Numbered from the stretch's first letter, positions 29,934 to 39,592 are shown. The stretch is 62,896 bases of DNA from Oligoflexales bacterium (GCA_045105515.1 JBGCDR010000138.1:1-62896), one strand, 5' to 3'. Numbers and translations: made by a program. Notes: generated from the letters alone by a model not told the origin.

Positions 29934-30902
29934 ATGGAAACATACATGAGCACGAAAAGCGTTCAAACTAACGTTCCGAGCTGGGATGAATTAATTGATT
30001 TCAGCAAATCTGATCAAGCATTTTATAAGCAGGTAGAACAACTGAAACAACATCGTCCGGAATTTAGGTTCAAATTTGGTCAATTTATCCTCAAGAATTT
30101 TTTCAATAATGCCTATTCCAAGAAGTTTTTAAACTTTTCATGGAATGAGATCATCGAACTTTTGGCAGATCAAGTCATTAGAAACCAAAAAATCGAAATG
30201 GAACCAAGCACTTCTAACCCACACTTAAATCCTCTAAATCAGATATGCGAACGTCGAAGCACTTTCGGGCAGCTCCCATGCACAGCAAAGACAGCCAGAG
30301 CAAGGGTGCAAAAAATTTCAGAATATGCAGATATTGACAGCCCCATTCTCATTCTCGGTGATGATGATATGGTTAGCTTAAGGCTACTAGAGGAAGGCTA
30401 CAAAAAAGTGACCGTTGTAGACATCGATGAGGGAATTTTAAAAGCAATAAGCTCAGCATACCCTGACGCCCCTAAATCACTTTTTAAATGTGATCTAAGA
30501 AACCCACCACCACAAGACCTGCTTAATCAAGGATTTGAATTTGTCCTCATGGATCCATATTACTCTATTGATGGAATTAAAATGTTTCTCGAATATGCTC
30601 TTGCACTTACTAAGGATAGTGAACAGACCCATTATCTATTAAACGTTCATCTTCTGTCATTAAAAAAACAAGGTTTAAAAGGATTGTCGGAACTTCTCTT
30701 TTCCCGTCGTTTGCAAATCATGGAATTCTATCAAGGATTTAATATTTACCCAGTCCCTGACAACATCAAAACTATGATTGGAATTACCAATAGATTCTTA
30801 ATGTCTTCAAAGGTACTCGCCACAAATGGCTATAGTTTTCCATATTTCTTATCAGATGCAATATTATTAAATAAAAATCAGTCATCTGATACTAGTTCCT
30901 AA
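29934..30902 (+). CDS. DUF43/BpsA-like (bis-aminopropyl spermidine synthase family) protein
   Basis: GQLPCT..T..AR, ILGDDDMVSL, VVDIDE, DLRNP, MDPYYS.DG..MFL. Confidence 0.7.
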   Translation: METYMSTKSVQTNVPSWDELIDFSKSDQAFYKQVEQLKQHRPEFRFKFGQFILKNFFNNAYSKKFLNFSWNEIIELLADQVIRNQKIEMEPSTSNPHLNPLNQICERRSTFGQLPCTAKTARARVQKISEYADIDSPILILGDDDMVSLRLLEEGYKKVTVVDIDEGILKAISSAYPDAPKSLFKCDLRNPPPQDLLNQGFEFVLMDPYYSIDGIKMFLEYALALTKDSEQTHYLLNVHLLSLKKQGLKGLSELLFSRRLQIMEFYQGFNIYPVPDNIKTMIGITNRFLMSSKVLATNGYSFPYFLSDAILLNKNQSSDTSS

Positions 30903-31666
30903 TAAAAAAACAAAGATATTCAATGGGTAATGAACCCCGGAAAAGTGAAGCAAGGCCTAGGCGAATATTTGTAATCACTGTAACTTCGACCTGAGGAGAA
31001 TTGGAGTCGCTCATTCTGAAGGTCCCTACTTATGATCTAGAAGGCAACAAAACCCTCGATATTTTACGTCATATGGTGCCAATGTATCGGGTTAAAAACG
31101 TTATAAAGAATGGATGAGAATAGAATTTGAGAAAGTAAAAGACCTAGGTCCAGTTCTTGGACCTTTGCGCCTCATGACAAAGAAGACCGATATGCAGGCT
31201 TATACTCCTCGGTATATACGCCCGATAAGGGCTTTGTTTGTTAGATAGCAGGCTCCGAATTAGATACTACTTAGGGTGTGAGAAGAATAGGAATATTAGG
31301 GTATAGGAAGAGAAAAATAGGAATAAATTAAAGTAAGAATTGAGCGTTAAAGCTTTGAATTAAAGAATAAAAAAAGAAATCTGCAAACCAAAATAATCGA
31401 GTACCTGCCTCTTACCCTTTATTTTCAGCTAAATACAAACTATTCTGGCCGAACGACCAAGAATTTAAGGTTCATCAGAATAGGTTTAAGTCCTTCCTCT
31501 TTGGTCATAGCTTATTGTAAATATAAGAGAAAAAAATCAAGCTTGAAATTTTTGTAAATTTCAGCTACTTTGGCTTAAATTTTTACAGTTTCTTTACGTA
31601 ACTCAGAAAATAAATGAACAATCTAAATGATTTAAAAATAAAACAACCTTCAATGGAGAATCCTTT

Positions 31667-32683
31667 ATGAAAAAGATGTTTATTTTTGGTTTTTTATCAC
31701 TCTTAGTCCAACCTACACTAAATGCAACAAGCCTTCAGGCTATTAGGCCTCAGGTTAAAAAGGTTTATCCAGCAATTTTTGAGGGACTTAGCTCAACCTT
31801 GTTAAGATATAAACTTGCACCGAGCGCTAAGAACTCAATTGTAAAGGCATATCCGGAACAACATAATCGAGGATTTGCAAATACAAGGTATCAAAGTACT
31901 TTTAGCAACTCCCTCCTTCCAGTTAACAGTTTCCCACAATCAACATTTCCATCGAACCAATTTAGCATCCAAAGATACTATAGCAACAGTCCAAAACTCG
32001 ACTTTTCCGCTAAGCAATCTGGTTCTTGGGATGAAGTTTATTCTTTAGCTCAGACCCTGGAGAAGCAAATTGAAAATCCAGATACTAGCTTAAGAGACTA
32101 TAAATTTTATCCAAAGTTTCTTGGATATGAGATTCCATTTTTTGGTGTTGGCTTGCCCAAATTCTTCATTGATATGGTTGAAGAAAGAACCAGTCCCCTC
32201 AATAACCGCTTCGTTGGTGAAGCTGTCTTCGAAAGGATCAAGCAAGCTAGAAACTTCGATCTTGAGGAACCCCTAGAAAGCATTAATGATATTTATGAAG
32301 CAACCCATAAAGATGGCCCTTGGGTTTTAAAAATCAATTTATCTGACCCTAAATTTACAGATGGAAAAGAACTTCCTGGACATACCTTTGTATTGGAAAA
32401 GTCTGAAGATGGCAGCTATCATCGTTTCCAATCCAACAATGGAGAGTCTCTACTAAATTTCATGAAGGAATCTCAAGAAAATGGTCTCAAGACTATTAAT
32501 AAAGAATCTATAGATGGACTTTTAGTGGGTCTGGAATTCTTACTTGATGATTCAAAAGGATGGACGAAAGAAACACGTGATCTACTTTATCTTTTTAAAG
32601 GACTTGATGTTTCGAAGGTTGAGTTTTCACCTCAGGATTTGGAAAATCCACTAGAGTTTGAAGCAAGTATTTCTTACAAGTAA
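31667..32683 (+). CDS. Secreted hypothetical protein with a transit-peptide-like segment and a His/Gln papain-like C-domain
   Basis: Signal peptide; basic Ser-rich segment ending RYYS; PGHTFVLEK...YHRFQS. Confidence 0.7.
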   Translation: MKKMFIFGFLSLLVQPTLNATSLQAIRPQVKKVYPAIFEGLSSTLLRYKLAPSAKNSIVKAYPEQHNRGFANTRYQSTFSNSLLPVNSFPQSTFPSNQFSIQRYYSNSPKLDFSAKQSGSWDEVYSLAQTLEKQIENPDTSLRDYKFYPKFLGYEIPFFGVGLPKFFIDMVEERTSPLNNRFVGEAVFERIKQARNFDLEEPLESINDIYEATHKDGPWVLKINLSDPKFTDGKELPGHTFVLEKSEDGSYHRFQSNNGESLLNFMKESQENGLKTINKESIDGLLVGLEFLLDDSKGWTKETRDLLYLFKGLDVSKVEFSPQDLENPLEFEASISYK

Positions 32684-32705
32684 AGGAAAGACCCTGTAAT
32701 TCTCC

Positions 32706-32725
32706 CGAACCCAGTGAGGGTTCGA
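32706..32725. terminator. Hairpin between convergent genes
   Basis: cgaaccc-agtga-gggttcg stem-loop. Confidence 0.5.
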
Positions 32726-32742
32726 GAATCTTCAAGCGAGAA

Positions 32743-34206
32743 TTACTCCCCTAGCAACTCAATGAGATATTCGTCTTGATGAACGATATGGAAAGTATCC
32801 TGACCAGTCCGAAGAATATTTCCCTTCTCATCAAATAGCACGACTATAGGCCGACCTTCTTTGTCAGCCACAAGCATCATCACTTCCATCTGAAATTCAT
32901 CTCCAGAATTGGTTAAGCTTAGGCCCTCGTTTTTTTGGAAATTCGCTAGAGCATCGTCTGCATCTGCTTTTACCTTTCTGAGAAATTGTCCACCTAAATC
33001 ATCCAAATCACCTCTTAAACTACGAACACCTTCCAGCATATCTGATACCTCTTTTTGGCTTATGCCAAGACCGTTGATAACTCCATCGAGGTCGTCACGT
33101 TCACGAAGTACCGCTAATTCATCAAACTCACCGTTCACCACTGATTTACCAGGATTTTTCTTAATTTCTTTTGAGACGGTTTTAAAGCCTTTCGAAAACA
33201 TGAGAGTATAAAACATTCCCGATACCATATCACTGAAAAAGTCTTCTTTAATTTTACCAGATGAAGACCTTAGCTCGGCAATAACCGGCTTAAACTCGGG
33301 GCTACCCTCCAATTGTTTTACGATTTGCGAATAGCTGCGACCAGGGTTTATAGTTCGAAGTTCAACCACTTTATTGAAAAGTCCTCGTAATTGAGGACTG
33401 TGTTTTGATGCACTCAGACTTGCATTAAACATTGCCTGAGCAGACACTCCTACCACACCACCAGCAACTCCCCCTCCAGAAGCTAAAGTAGTAGTAAATT
33501 TAACAACTCCTCCACCAATAGTTTTGGTTGCCTCCTTGCCATAAATCAACACACCAGATCCACCTTTAGTAATAGCTGTAGCGAAATCAGCTACTACAGC
33601 AGCTGAAGGATCACCAGCATCAGCGATAGTCCTGATAAAATCTAGAGACTCTCCCGCACCATCTCCGATGCCCTCAGCTGTTGATTTCTCTCCACTCTTC
33701 TTATTGATGTTTTTAACCTGATCTCTAACAGATTTAATAGTTCCTCTAAATCCATTAGCATTGGTAGTTGCCAAGCCTGATGGTAGCTGAATAACATTAG
33801 GTGTAGGGAGAGTAGGTACATTTTTTGGACCGTTGATTGGCACATGGCGAACAACTGCCGTAGGAACTTTACGTAATATCATAACTGCTTTACCTGCATT
33901 TTGTAGACTTAAACCTTCAGACCTAATTTCATCAGCATAAGCCTCAAACAATTGTATCTGAGCTAATTCGAATTCTTCATCTGAGCTAATTGATGCATAA
34001 GGAGCAAAAATCTTCGGAACACCCGTATCAAGAAGGTATAAGTTAAAAGCAGAGTTTCGTTTTTTAGCATCAACGGATTGCTTGTTTGATAAGCTTGGTT
34101 CACCAGCACTACTACTATTTGAGACAGCATCTGATGGGCCTTGCTTAGATCTACAGCCTAAGAATCCAAAAATCAAAGCTAAATATAGAGTATAAATAAG
34201 TTTCAT
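32743..34206 (-). CDS. Hypothetical lipoprotein with a Gly-rich hydrophobic segment
   Basis: Lipobox FLGC; GGGVAGGVVG stretch. Confidence 0.7.
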   Translation of the reverse strand: MKLIYTLYLALIFGFLGCRSKQGPSDAVSNSSSAGEPSLSNKQSVDAKKRNSAFNLYLLDTGVPKIFAPYASISSDEEFELAQIQLFEAYADEIRSEGLSLQNAGKAVMILRKVPTAVVRHVPINGPKNVPTLPTPNVIQLPSGLATTNANGFRGTIKSVRDQVKNINKKSGEKSTAEGIGDGAGESLDFIRTIADAGDPSAAVVADFATAITKGGSGVLIYGKEATKTIGGGVVKFTTTLASGGGVAGGVVGVSAQAMFNASLSASKHSPQLRGLFNKVVELRTINPGRSYSQIVKQLEGSPEFKPVIAELRSSSGKIKEDFFSDMVSGMFYTLMFSKGFKTVSKEIKKNPGKSVVNGEFDELAVLRERDDLDGVINGLGISQKEVSDMLEGVRSLRGDLDDLGGQFLRKVKADADDALANFQKNEGLSLTNSGDEFQMEVMMLVADKEGRPIVVLFDEKGNILRTGQDTFHIVHQDEYLIELLGE

Positions 34207-34353
34207 CGCTTTTCTCTACGTAAATGTGATATTTTACTTTCCTAATACCACTCATCGGTATTTAAGAGAACATTATGAAACTTATTTTGGACTTACCTAA
34301 GATTACTAGGTTTTTAACCACTTGATAACTACCGTAAAATTGAAATGGTAACC

Positions 34354-35442
34354 CTAAAAAAAGCTCATCGAATCTAACTCTGTAAGTAGCTTATCAGTAA
34401 ATTCGTCGGTGCTTAATGACCTTGCTCCCCTAGCTAAGTCATTAGTAACAAAGCCTTTATCAAAGCATCTCTCTAGGCCCAACTCAATAAGCTTAGCGGA
34501 TTTTTCCATTTTAAACGAATGCCTTAGCATCATTGCAACACTGAGGATCTGGGCACAAGGATTAGCGATACCCTTTCCGGCAATGTCTGGTGCCGAGCCT
34601 CCAGCAGGCTCATACAAGCCTTTACCTTGCTTATTAAAACTTGCCGAGGGCACCATCCCTAAAGAACCTGGTAACACCGAAGCCAAGTCTGACAGGATAT
34701 CACCAAACATATTTGGACAGAGAAGCACATCAAACTGGTTCGGTTTTATAACCAGCTGCATTGCTGCATTATCTACAAGCAGGTGAGTAAGTTCAACATT
34801 TGGGAATTTTTTGACTTCCTCGGTGACTATTTTTCGCCAAAGTTTTGAGGTATCTAGCACATTGGCTTTGTCTATGGATGCTAGCTTCCCCGAGCGATTT
34901 GTAGCTGCTGCGAATGCCACCCTGCAGATAGCTCTGATCTGGCCTTCATCATAAACAGCTTCATCGATAGCTACGGCACCCTGTTCAGTATCTCTGGTTT
35001 CATGCTTGCCAAAGTAAAGGTCTCCTAAGAGTTCTCTGACAATGAGAAGATCGACTCCCTTCCCAATAATTTCGTCCTTCAATGGACAAGCAAATTTAAG
35101 CGCTGAATAAACCTTTGCTGGTCTAATATTTGCATAAAAACTAAATGTTTTTCTAAGCTCCAAAAGAGCATTAGCTTCACAACGATCCCATTTCGGTAAG
35201 TGGCGCTCAGAAGCAGGTCCTCCTATAGAACCAAGTAGTATAGCATCTGCTCGCTGACAGACTTCCTTCGTGATTGATGGAAAATGATTTTGAAAAGCTT
35301 CATAGGCTTCGCCTCCTATTGGTGCTTCTAGGATCTCATAAATTTGAGTAGACTTATCCATGACGTACTTCAACACCTTAAGAGCCGAAGCCATAACTTC
35401 TGGTCCGATACCATCTCCGGGGAGTACTGCGATACGAAACAT
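34354..35442 (-). CDS. leuB: 3-isopropylmalate dehydrogenase
   Basis: LPGDGIGPEV, DKANVL, NMFGDILSD, YEPAGGSAPDIAG. Confidence 0.97.
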   Translation of the reverse strand: MFRIAVLPGDGIGPEVMASALKVLKYVMDKSTQIYEILEAPIGGEAYEAFQNHFPSITKEVCQRADAILLGSIGGPASERHLPKWDRCEANALLELRKTFSFYANIRPAKVYSALKFACPLKDEIIGKGVDLLIVRELLGDLYFGKHETRDTEQGAVAIDEAVYDEGQIRAICRVAFAAATNRSGKLASIDKANVLDTSKLWRKIVTEEVKKFPNVELTHLLVDNAAMQLVIKPNQFDVLLCPNMFGDILSDLASVLPGSLGMVPSASFNKQGKGLYEPAGGSAPDIAGKGIANPCAQILSVAMMLRHSFKMEKSAKLIELGLERCFDKGFVTNDLARGARSLSTDEFTDKLLTELDSMSFF

Positions 35443-35454
35443 TTGTTGATCCTT

Positions 35455-36063
35455 TTAAACTGTATTTTGGCTTTTTAAATAAATTTTTTGTTTTGACTTG
35501 AAAGACGCAATATCATCCATATGAGAAACCAAATAGTCAAGATCATCCATTCCTTTTAGAAGACGCTCTTTACTAAAGGTGTCAATTTGAAATTGATACT
35601 CTTCACCATTGGTAATCTGAATTTTTTGGTTTACCAGGTCAATGCCTAAAGTCTTAGAGAAATCATTGACTTTTTTTTCTATGCTCAACACTTTATCAGC
35701 GTCTAAAGAAATCAATAAGAGCCCATTCTTTGCTGCATTATTGGCAAAAATATCCGAAAATGACGGTGCAATGATTACTCTAATGCCAAAATCCATCAAA
35801 GCCCAGACTGCATGCTCACGAGATGAACCACATCCAAAGTTAGGTCCAGAAATCAAAATCTGGGAACCTATCGCCTGCTCATGATTAAAAATAAATTCAT
35901 GACTAGCAGCTCTTAACCGTTCAAAAAGCCTATCACCAAAGCCTTCACGTGAGGTGCTAGTTAAATATTGTGCAGGGATGATCATATCAGTGTCTACATC
36001 CTTTTGAGACAAACATATCACTTGACTGCAGAGAGTTTTAAAAGCTTTCATATTTTGCTCCAT
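35455..36063 (-). CDS. leuD: 3-isopropylmalate dehydratase small subunit
   Basis: DVDTDMIIP, NFGCGSSREHA. Confidence 0.97.
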   Translation of the reverse strand: MEQNMKAFKTLCSQVICLSQKDVDTDMIIPAQYLTSTSREGFGDRLFERLRAASHEFIFNHEQAIGSQILISGPNFGCGSSREHAVWALMDFGIRVIIAPSFSDIFANNAAKNGLLLISLDADKVLSIEKKVNDFSKTLGIDLVNQKIQITNGEEYQFQIDTFSKERLLKGMDDLDYLVSHMDDIASFKSKQKIYLKSQNTV

Positions 36064-36080
36064 TAAGACGAAAAAATCTT

Positions 36081-37469
36081 TTATTCTGCACTTGCAATTC
36101 TCCCTTTGATAGCACTAGCAGTGACCGTGGCAGGTGATGCCAAATGGGTATAACTTCCGGTACCCTGCCTCCCAATAAAATTTCGATTTGAGGTGCTGAT
36201 GCAACGTGCTCCCCTAGGAACTTTGTCATTATTCATTCCAATACACATAGAACACCCAGGTTTTCTGACAATAGCACCTGCTTTAGTGAAGATTTCTAAT
36301 AAACCTTCCTTGTCAGCTTGATGCTCAACCTGTTCCGAACCAGGTACAACATAAAATGTCACTCCTTCAAAAACTTTTTTCCCCTTGATCACATTTGCAG
36401 CAATGCGCAAGTCTTCAATTCTGCCATTGGTACAGGATCCGAGAAAAGCCCATTGAATGGAGGTGCCTGCAATAGTCTGTTTTTGATTGAAGCCCATGTA
36501 GTCCAAAGCTTTTTGGCTAGTTTGCATTTTATCCTTATTTTGATCATTGAGAGCTGGAATAATACCCTCAATATCAACGCATTGCTCGGGGTTAGTCCCC
36601 CAACTTACCATCGGCTTGACCTTTGTGAGGTCTAAATCAAATTCATGATCAAATTGGGCATCACCATCACTTTCTAGTTGCGTCCAAGCTACGACAGCAT
36701 CTTTCCAGTGCTTCCCACTCGGTGCAAATGCCCTACCTTTGAGATATGCAAAGGTCTTGTCATCCGGAGCAATAAGACCTGCTCTAGCGCCACATTCAAT
36801 GGACATATTGCATACAGTCATCCGCCCTTCCATACTCTGTGCCTTTATCCACTCCCCAGCATATTCAATGCAATAACCGTTTGCACCGTCTACTCCAATT
36901 TGTTTAATTAGTGCCATAATAACATCTTTAGAATAAACGCTTTTTGAGGGGAGTCCTTTAAAGTTAACACGCATAGTTTTAGGTTTTTCCTGCAAAATAC
37001 AACCTGTTGCCAAAACATGCGCCACCTCGGAAGTGCCTATCCCAAAAGCTAACGTTCCAAATGCACCATGAGTGGAAGTATGCGAGTCTCCACAGACCAA
37101 GGTCATACCTGGTTGAGTGATACCTTGTTCTGGGCCAATAACATGAACAATCCCTTGCTTTCCAGAATCTATATCAAATAGCTCAATACCATGCTCTTTC
37201 ACATTTTTTCGCAGAGTCTCTATCTGCTCTTTCGCAAGAGGATCATCAGGACTATCACGATTAAGATCAGTAGGAATACTGTGATCGACAGTACTAAATA
37301 AGCACTCTTTTTGAAAAATACTTAAACCCTTCTTACGAAGCTCAGCAAAAGCTTGTGGAGATGTGACTTCATGAAGAAGCATCACATCGATAGCAAAAAT
37401 ATCGGGTCCTGTGACTTGTCCTTTCACTACATGCGAGTCCCAAATTTTCTCAATAATATTTTTCCCCAT
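36081..37469 (-). CDS. leuC: 3-isopropylmalate dehydratase large subunit
   Basis: HEVTSPQAF, GDSHTSTHGAFG, GSCTNGR, CSMC, STSNRNF. Confidence 0.97.
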   Translation of the reverse strand: MGKNIIEKIWDSHVVKGQVTGPDIFAIDVMLLHEVTSPQAFAELRKKGLSIFQKECLFSTVDHSIPTDLNRDSPDDPLAKEQIETLRKNVKEHGIELFDIDSGKQGIVHVIGPEQGITQPGMTLVCGDSHTSTHGAFGTLAFGIGTSEVAHVLATGCILQEKPKTMRVNFKGLPSKSVYSKDVIMALIKQIGVDGANGYCIEYAGEWIKAQSMEGRMTVCNMSIECGARAGLIAPDDKTFAYLKGRAFAPSGKHWKDAVVAWTQLESDGDAQFDHEFDLDLTKVKPMVSWGTNPEQCVDIEGIIPALNDQNKDKMQTSQKALDYMGFNQKQTIAGTSIQWAFLGSCTNGRIEDLRIAANVIKGKKVFEGVTFYVVPGSEQVEHQADKEGLLEIFTKAGAIVRKPGCSMCIGMNNDKVPRGARCISTSNRNFIGRQGTGSYTHLASPATVTASAIKGRIASAE

Positions 37470-37488
37470 TGCATAATTCCCCTATATA

Positions 37489-38763
37489 TTAAGTATTCAC
37501 TGTTTTTTCAGAAGGATGATTTTGCGAACGGAACACAAGGAAAGCATGAATTAGTTCGTCATCCGTGATCCCTTTGTAACGGTGTTTGTAATACGACTTG
37601 ATGAACTGAGCAACTACTGCTTTTTCTGCATCAAGACATTGATAACCATGCTGTTCGATAATTGACTTCGCATGATTTCCTCCACTTGAGGGTCCAAAGG
37701 CTAATTTTATCTGTTTACCAACCACACGAGGATCAAAAGCTTGATAAATTAAGGGGTTTTTAAGTATAGCATTGGTATGCCCACCAGAGGTGGGCCTAGC
37801 AGCATTGTCACCAGAGATGGGCCAATGAGCCTGCCTTTTCAACATATTAACAGCAACAAAATCTGATATTTTCTGTATCATGTTAAAATTTATCTTTGTC
37901 CAATACTTCGAATCCATATCTAGCGAATCTCCAAACTGCTTTATGTACATACATACTTGCTCTATGGAAACATTTCCTGCTCTTTCACCAATGCCATTTA
38001 TACATCCCTCTACTTGAGTAGCTGGCCCATCAAACACTGCTGCCATGGTATTATCCAAAGCAAGTCCTAAGTCATTATGACAATGAACAGACCAAGTCAC
38101 ATGCTTATCTGGAAACTCCTTTTCAACTATCTTGGCATGTTCTTTCATTTGCTCTACAAAAAACTCCGTTCCTTGGCGTCTGCATGCTCCTCCTACAGTG
38201 TCAGGACAATTAATAATCGTAGCTCCCGCTTGCACAGCTGCTCTGATCAGGTCAGTGGTAAAATCAAAGTTACCTCCCATCCGAGAGTAACCTTCGGGAG
38301 AGAACTGTACTTCAATACCCTCGTCAACCACCATTTTTACGTAATGGTATAACTTCTCGACCATCTCACCTTTGCGGCCATTGGCATTTGTTCCCAAAGA
38401 GCTCATCATTAGTAATGGATCAACAGGCAAATAGGTGTGGAGCCTAGCACAGCCTTTTGAGATTAGAGGTTCTAGACTTCGTATCGTTACGTCAAATTGT
38501 TCTGACCTCAATTGACATAGCGCTGCAACTTTTGGACTAGATGATAATTTTGCATATGATTCGCTTATTTTATACACCACATCAAACTCATTCGTGCTTG
38601 AAGCAGGAAAACCAGCTTCAAGAATATCGACACCAAATTCCTGAGCGAGGCCGGCATATTCAAGGTTTTTTTGCAAGGACATTGCTGCACCCGGACACTG
38701 TTGTCCATCCCTCAATGTAGTGTCAAAAATATCAATTTTCTTGTGCTTTTCAAAGTTTTCCAT
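37489..38763 (-). CDS. leuA: 2-isopropylmalate synthase, short form lacking the C-terminal allosteric domain
   Basis: DTTLRDGQQ, HCHNDLG, GIGERAGN; 424 aa; first gene of the leu operon. Confidence 0.9.
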   Translation of the reverse strand: MENFEKHKKIDIFDTTLRDGQQCPGAAMSLQKNLEYAGLAQEFGVDILEAGFPASSTNEFDVVYKISESYAKLSSSPKVAALCQLRSEQFDVTIRSLEPLISKGCARLHTYLPVDPLLMMSSLGTNANGRKGEMVEKLYHYVKMVVDEGIEVQFSPEGYSRMGGNFDFTTDLIRAAVQAGATIINCPDTVGGACRRQGTEFFVEQMKEHAKIVEKEFPDKHVTWSVHCHNDLGLALDNTMAAVFDGPATQVEGCINGIGERAGNVSIEQVCMYIKQFGDSLDMDSKYWTKINFNMIQKISDFVAVNMLKRQAHWPISGDNAARPTSGGHTNAILKNPLIYQAFDPRVVGKQIKLAFGPSSGGNHAKSIIEQHGYQCLDAEKAVVAQFIKSYYKHRYKGITDDELIHAFLVFRSQNHPSEKTVNT

Positions 38764-38846
38764 ACTGTAAGCCCCTTTCCATCCTGTAATATTTAATAGT
38801 CCTTTGTTTTCCAGAATTATTCCGAATTTCTTCTGATTATGAATAC

Positions 38847-38874
38847 AAAAAAGCCCTGGTTAAAACCAAGGCTT
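38847..38874 (-). terminator. leu attenuator terminator
   Basis: Minus strand AAGCCTTGGT-TTTA-ACCAGGGCTT followed by a U tract. Confidence 0.85.
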
Positions 38875-38900
38875 CTATTTTGCAAAAAAAACTCTTGGTC

Positions 38901-38951
38901 TTATGTAAGGAAACACAAGAGGAGGAGGAGAAGTGATTTTGCTGCTTCCAT
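38901..38951 (-). CDS. leuL: leu operon leader peptide MEAAKSLLLLLLCFLT
   Basis: 16 codons with six consecutive Leu, directly upstream of the terminator and leuA. Confidence 0.85.
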   Translation of the reverse strand: MEAAKSLLLLLLCFLT

Positions 38952-39437
38952 TTTCTGAGAAGATTTTCTACTAAATAAAAAATTTAGAGGGAAACAATCG
39001 CAATTCATAACAATCACCAAAAAATGATAAAAACACCAGGCTTTGTTGCCTTCTTTTAATCAAGCATAACAAAGTATCACTGAAGAGACAAAGCCAACAA
39101 AATGATACTAACGACCTTTGGTATGCCGTGCTCCTAGAATATGCATTTACTAAACAAATGCAACTTATTTTTGTAGGCATAGATGTCAAAAAAATACTCA
39201 AGCTACCAATTTGTAAAAATTATAAAAACCTGGATTATCTATTGCAATGTAGGATAAAAATACCTACACTGCTTAGCAATTGGGAGTTAATATAAAATCT
39301 CTCATTTGAACGCCAAGCTGTCGCTGTGTTAAGCTATAGCTATAAATAGAACAGAGACTAAACGAGAGAATATCGTTTTCTCGTATAAGTATTTATAATT
39401 ACATGTGAACCATGTATGCAAGTAGAGCTTTAAGGTA

Positions 39438-39500
39438 ATGTTAAATATAAATGTGATTATTGTGATTCTCATCGTCCTCCTCGTCTCCGAGAGGACCTAG
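39438..39500 (+). CDS. ilvL: ilv operon leader peptide MLNINVIIVILIVLLVSERT
   Basis: 20 codons with eleven consecutive I/V/L; aaggt upstream; followed by a terminator. Confidence 0.85.
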   Translation: MLNINVIIVILIVLLVSERT

Positions 39501-39526
39501 GATCCCATTAACCATGTGTGAATGCG

Positions 39527-39560
39527 AACCCGGGTCTTTTAAAGAAGACCCGGGTTTTTT
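39527..39560 (+). terminator. ilv attenuator terminator
   Basis: AACCCGGGTCTT-TTAAAG-AAGACCCGGGTT-TTTT perfect 12-bp stem. Confidence 0.9.
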
Positions 39561-39592
39561 GGTTTTAGTTAAACGATTGAAAAAGGCTAACC

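Noticed and set aside
30903..31260. GC-richer intergenic patch as an ncRNA or gene
   Set aside because: Only short interrupted frames and no convincing structure; possibly a gene remnant but not assignable
38971..39201. 76-aa ORF in the leu/ilv intergenic region
   Set aside because: TTG start, no protein-like features; lies in the divergent promoter region
38770..39590. T-box riboswitches for leu/ilv
   Set aside because: No T-box consensus seen; leader peptides plus terminators explain the region
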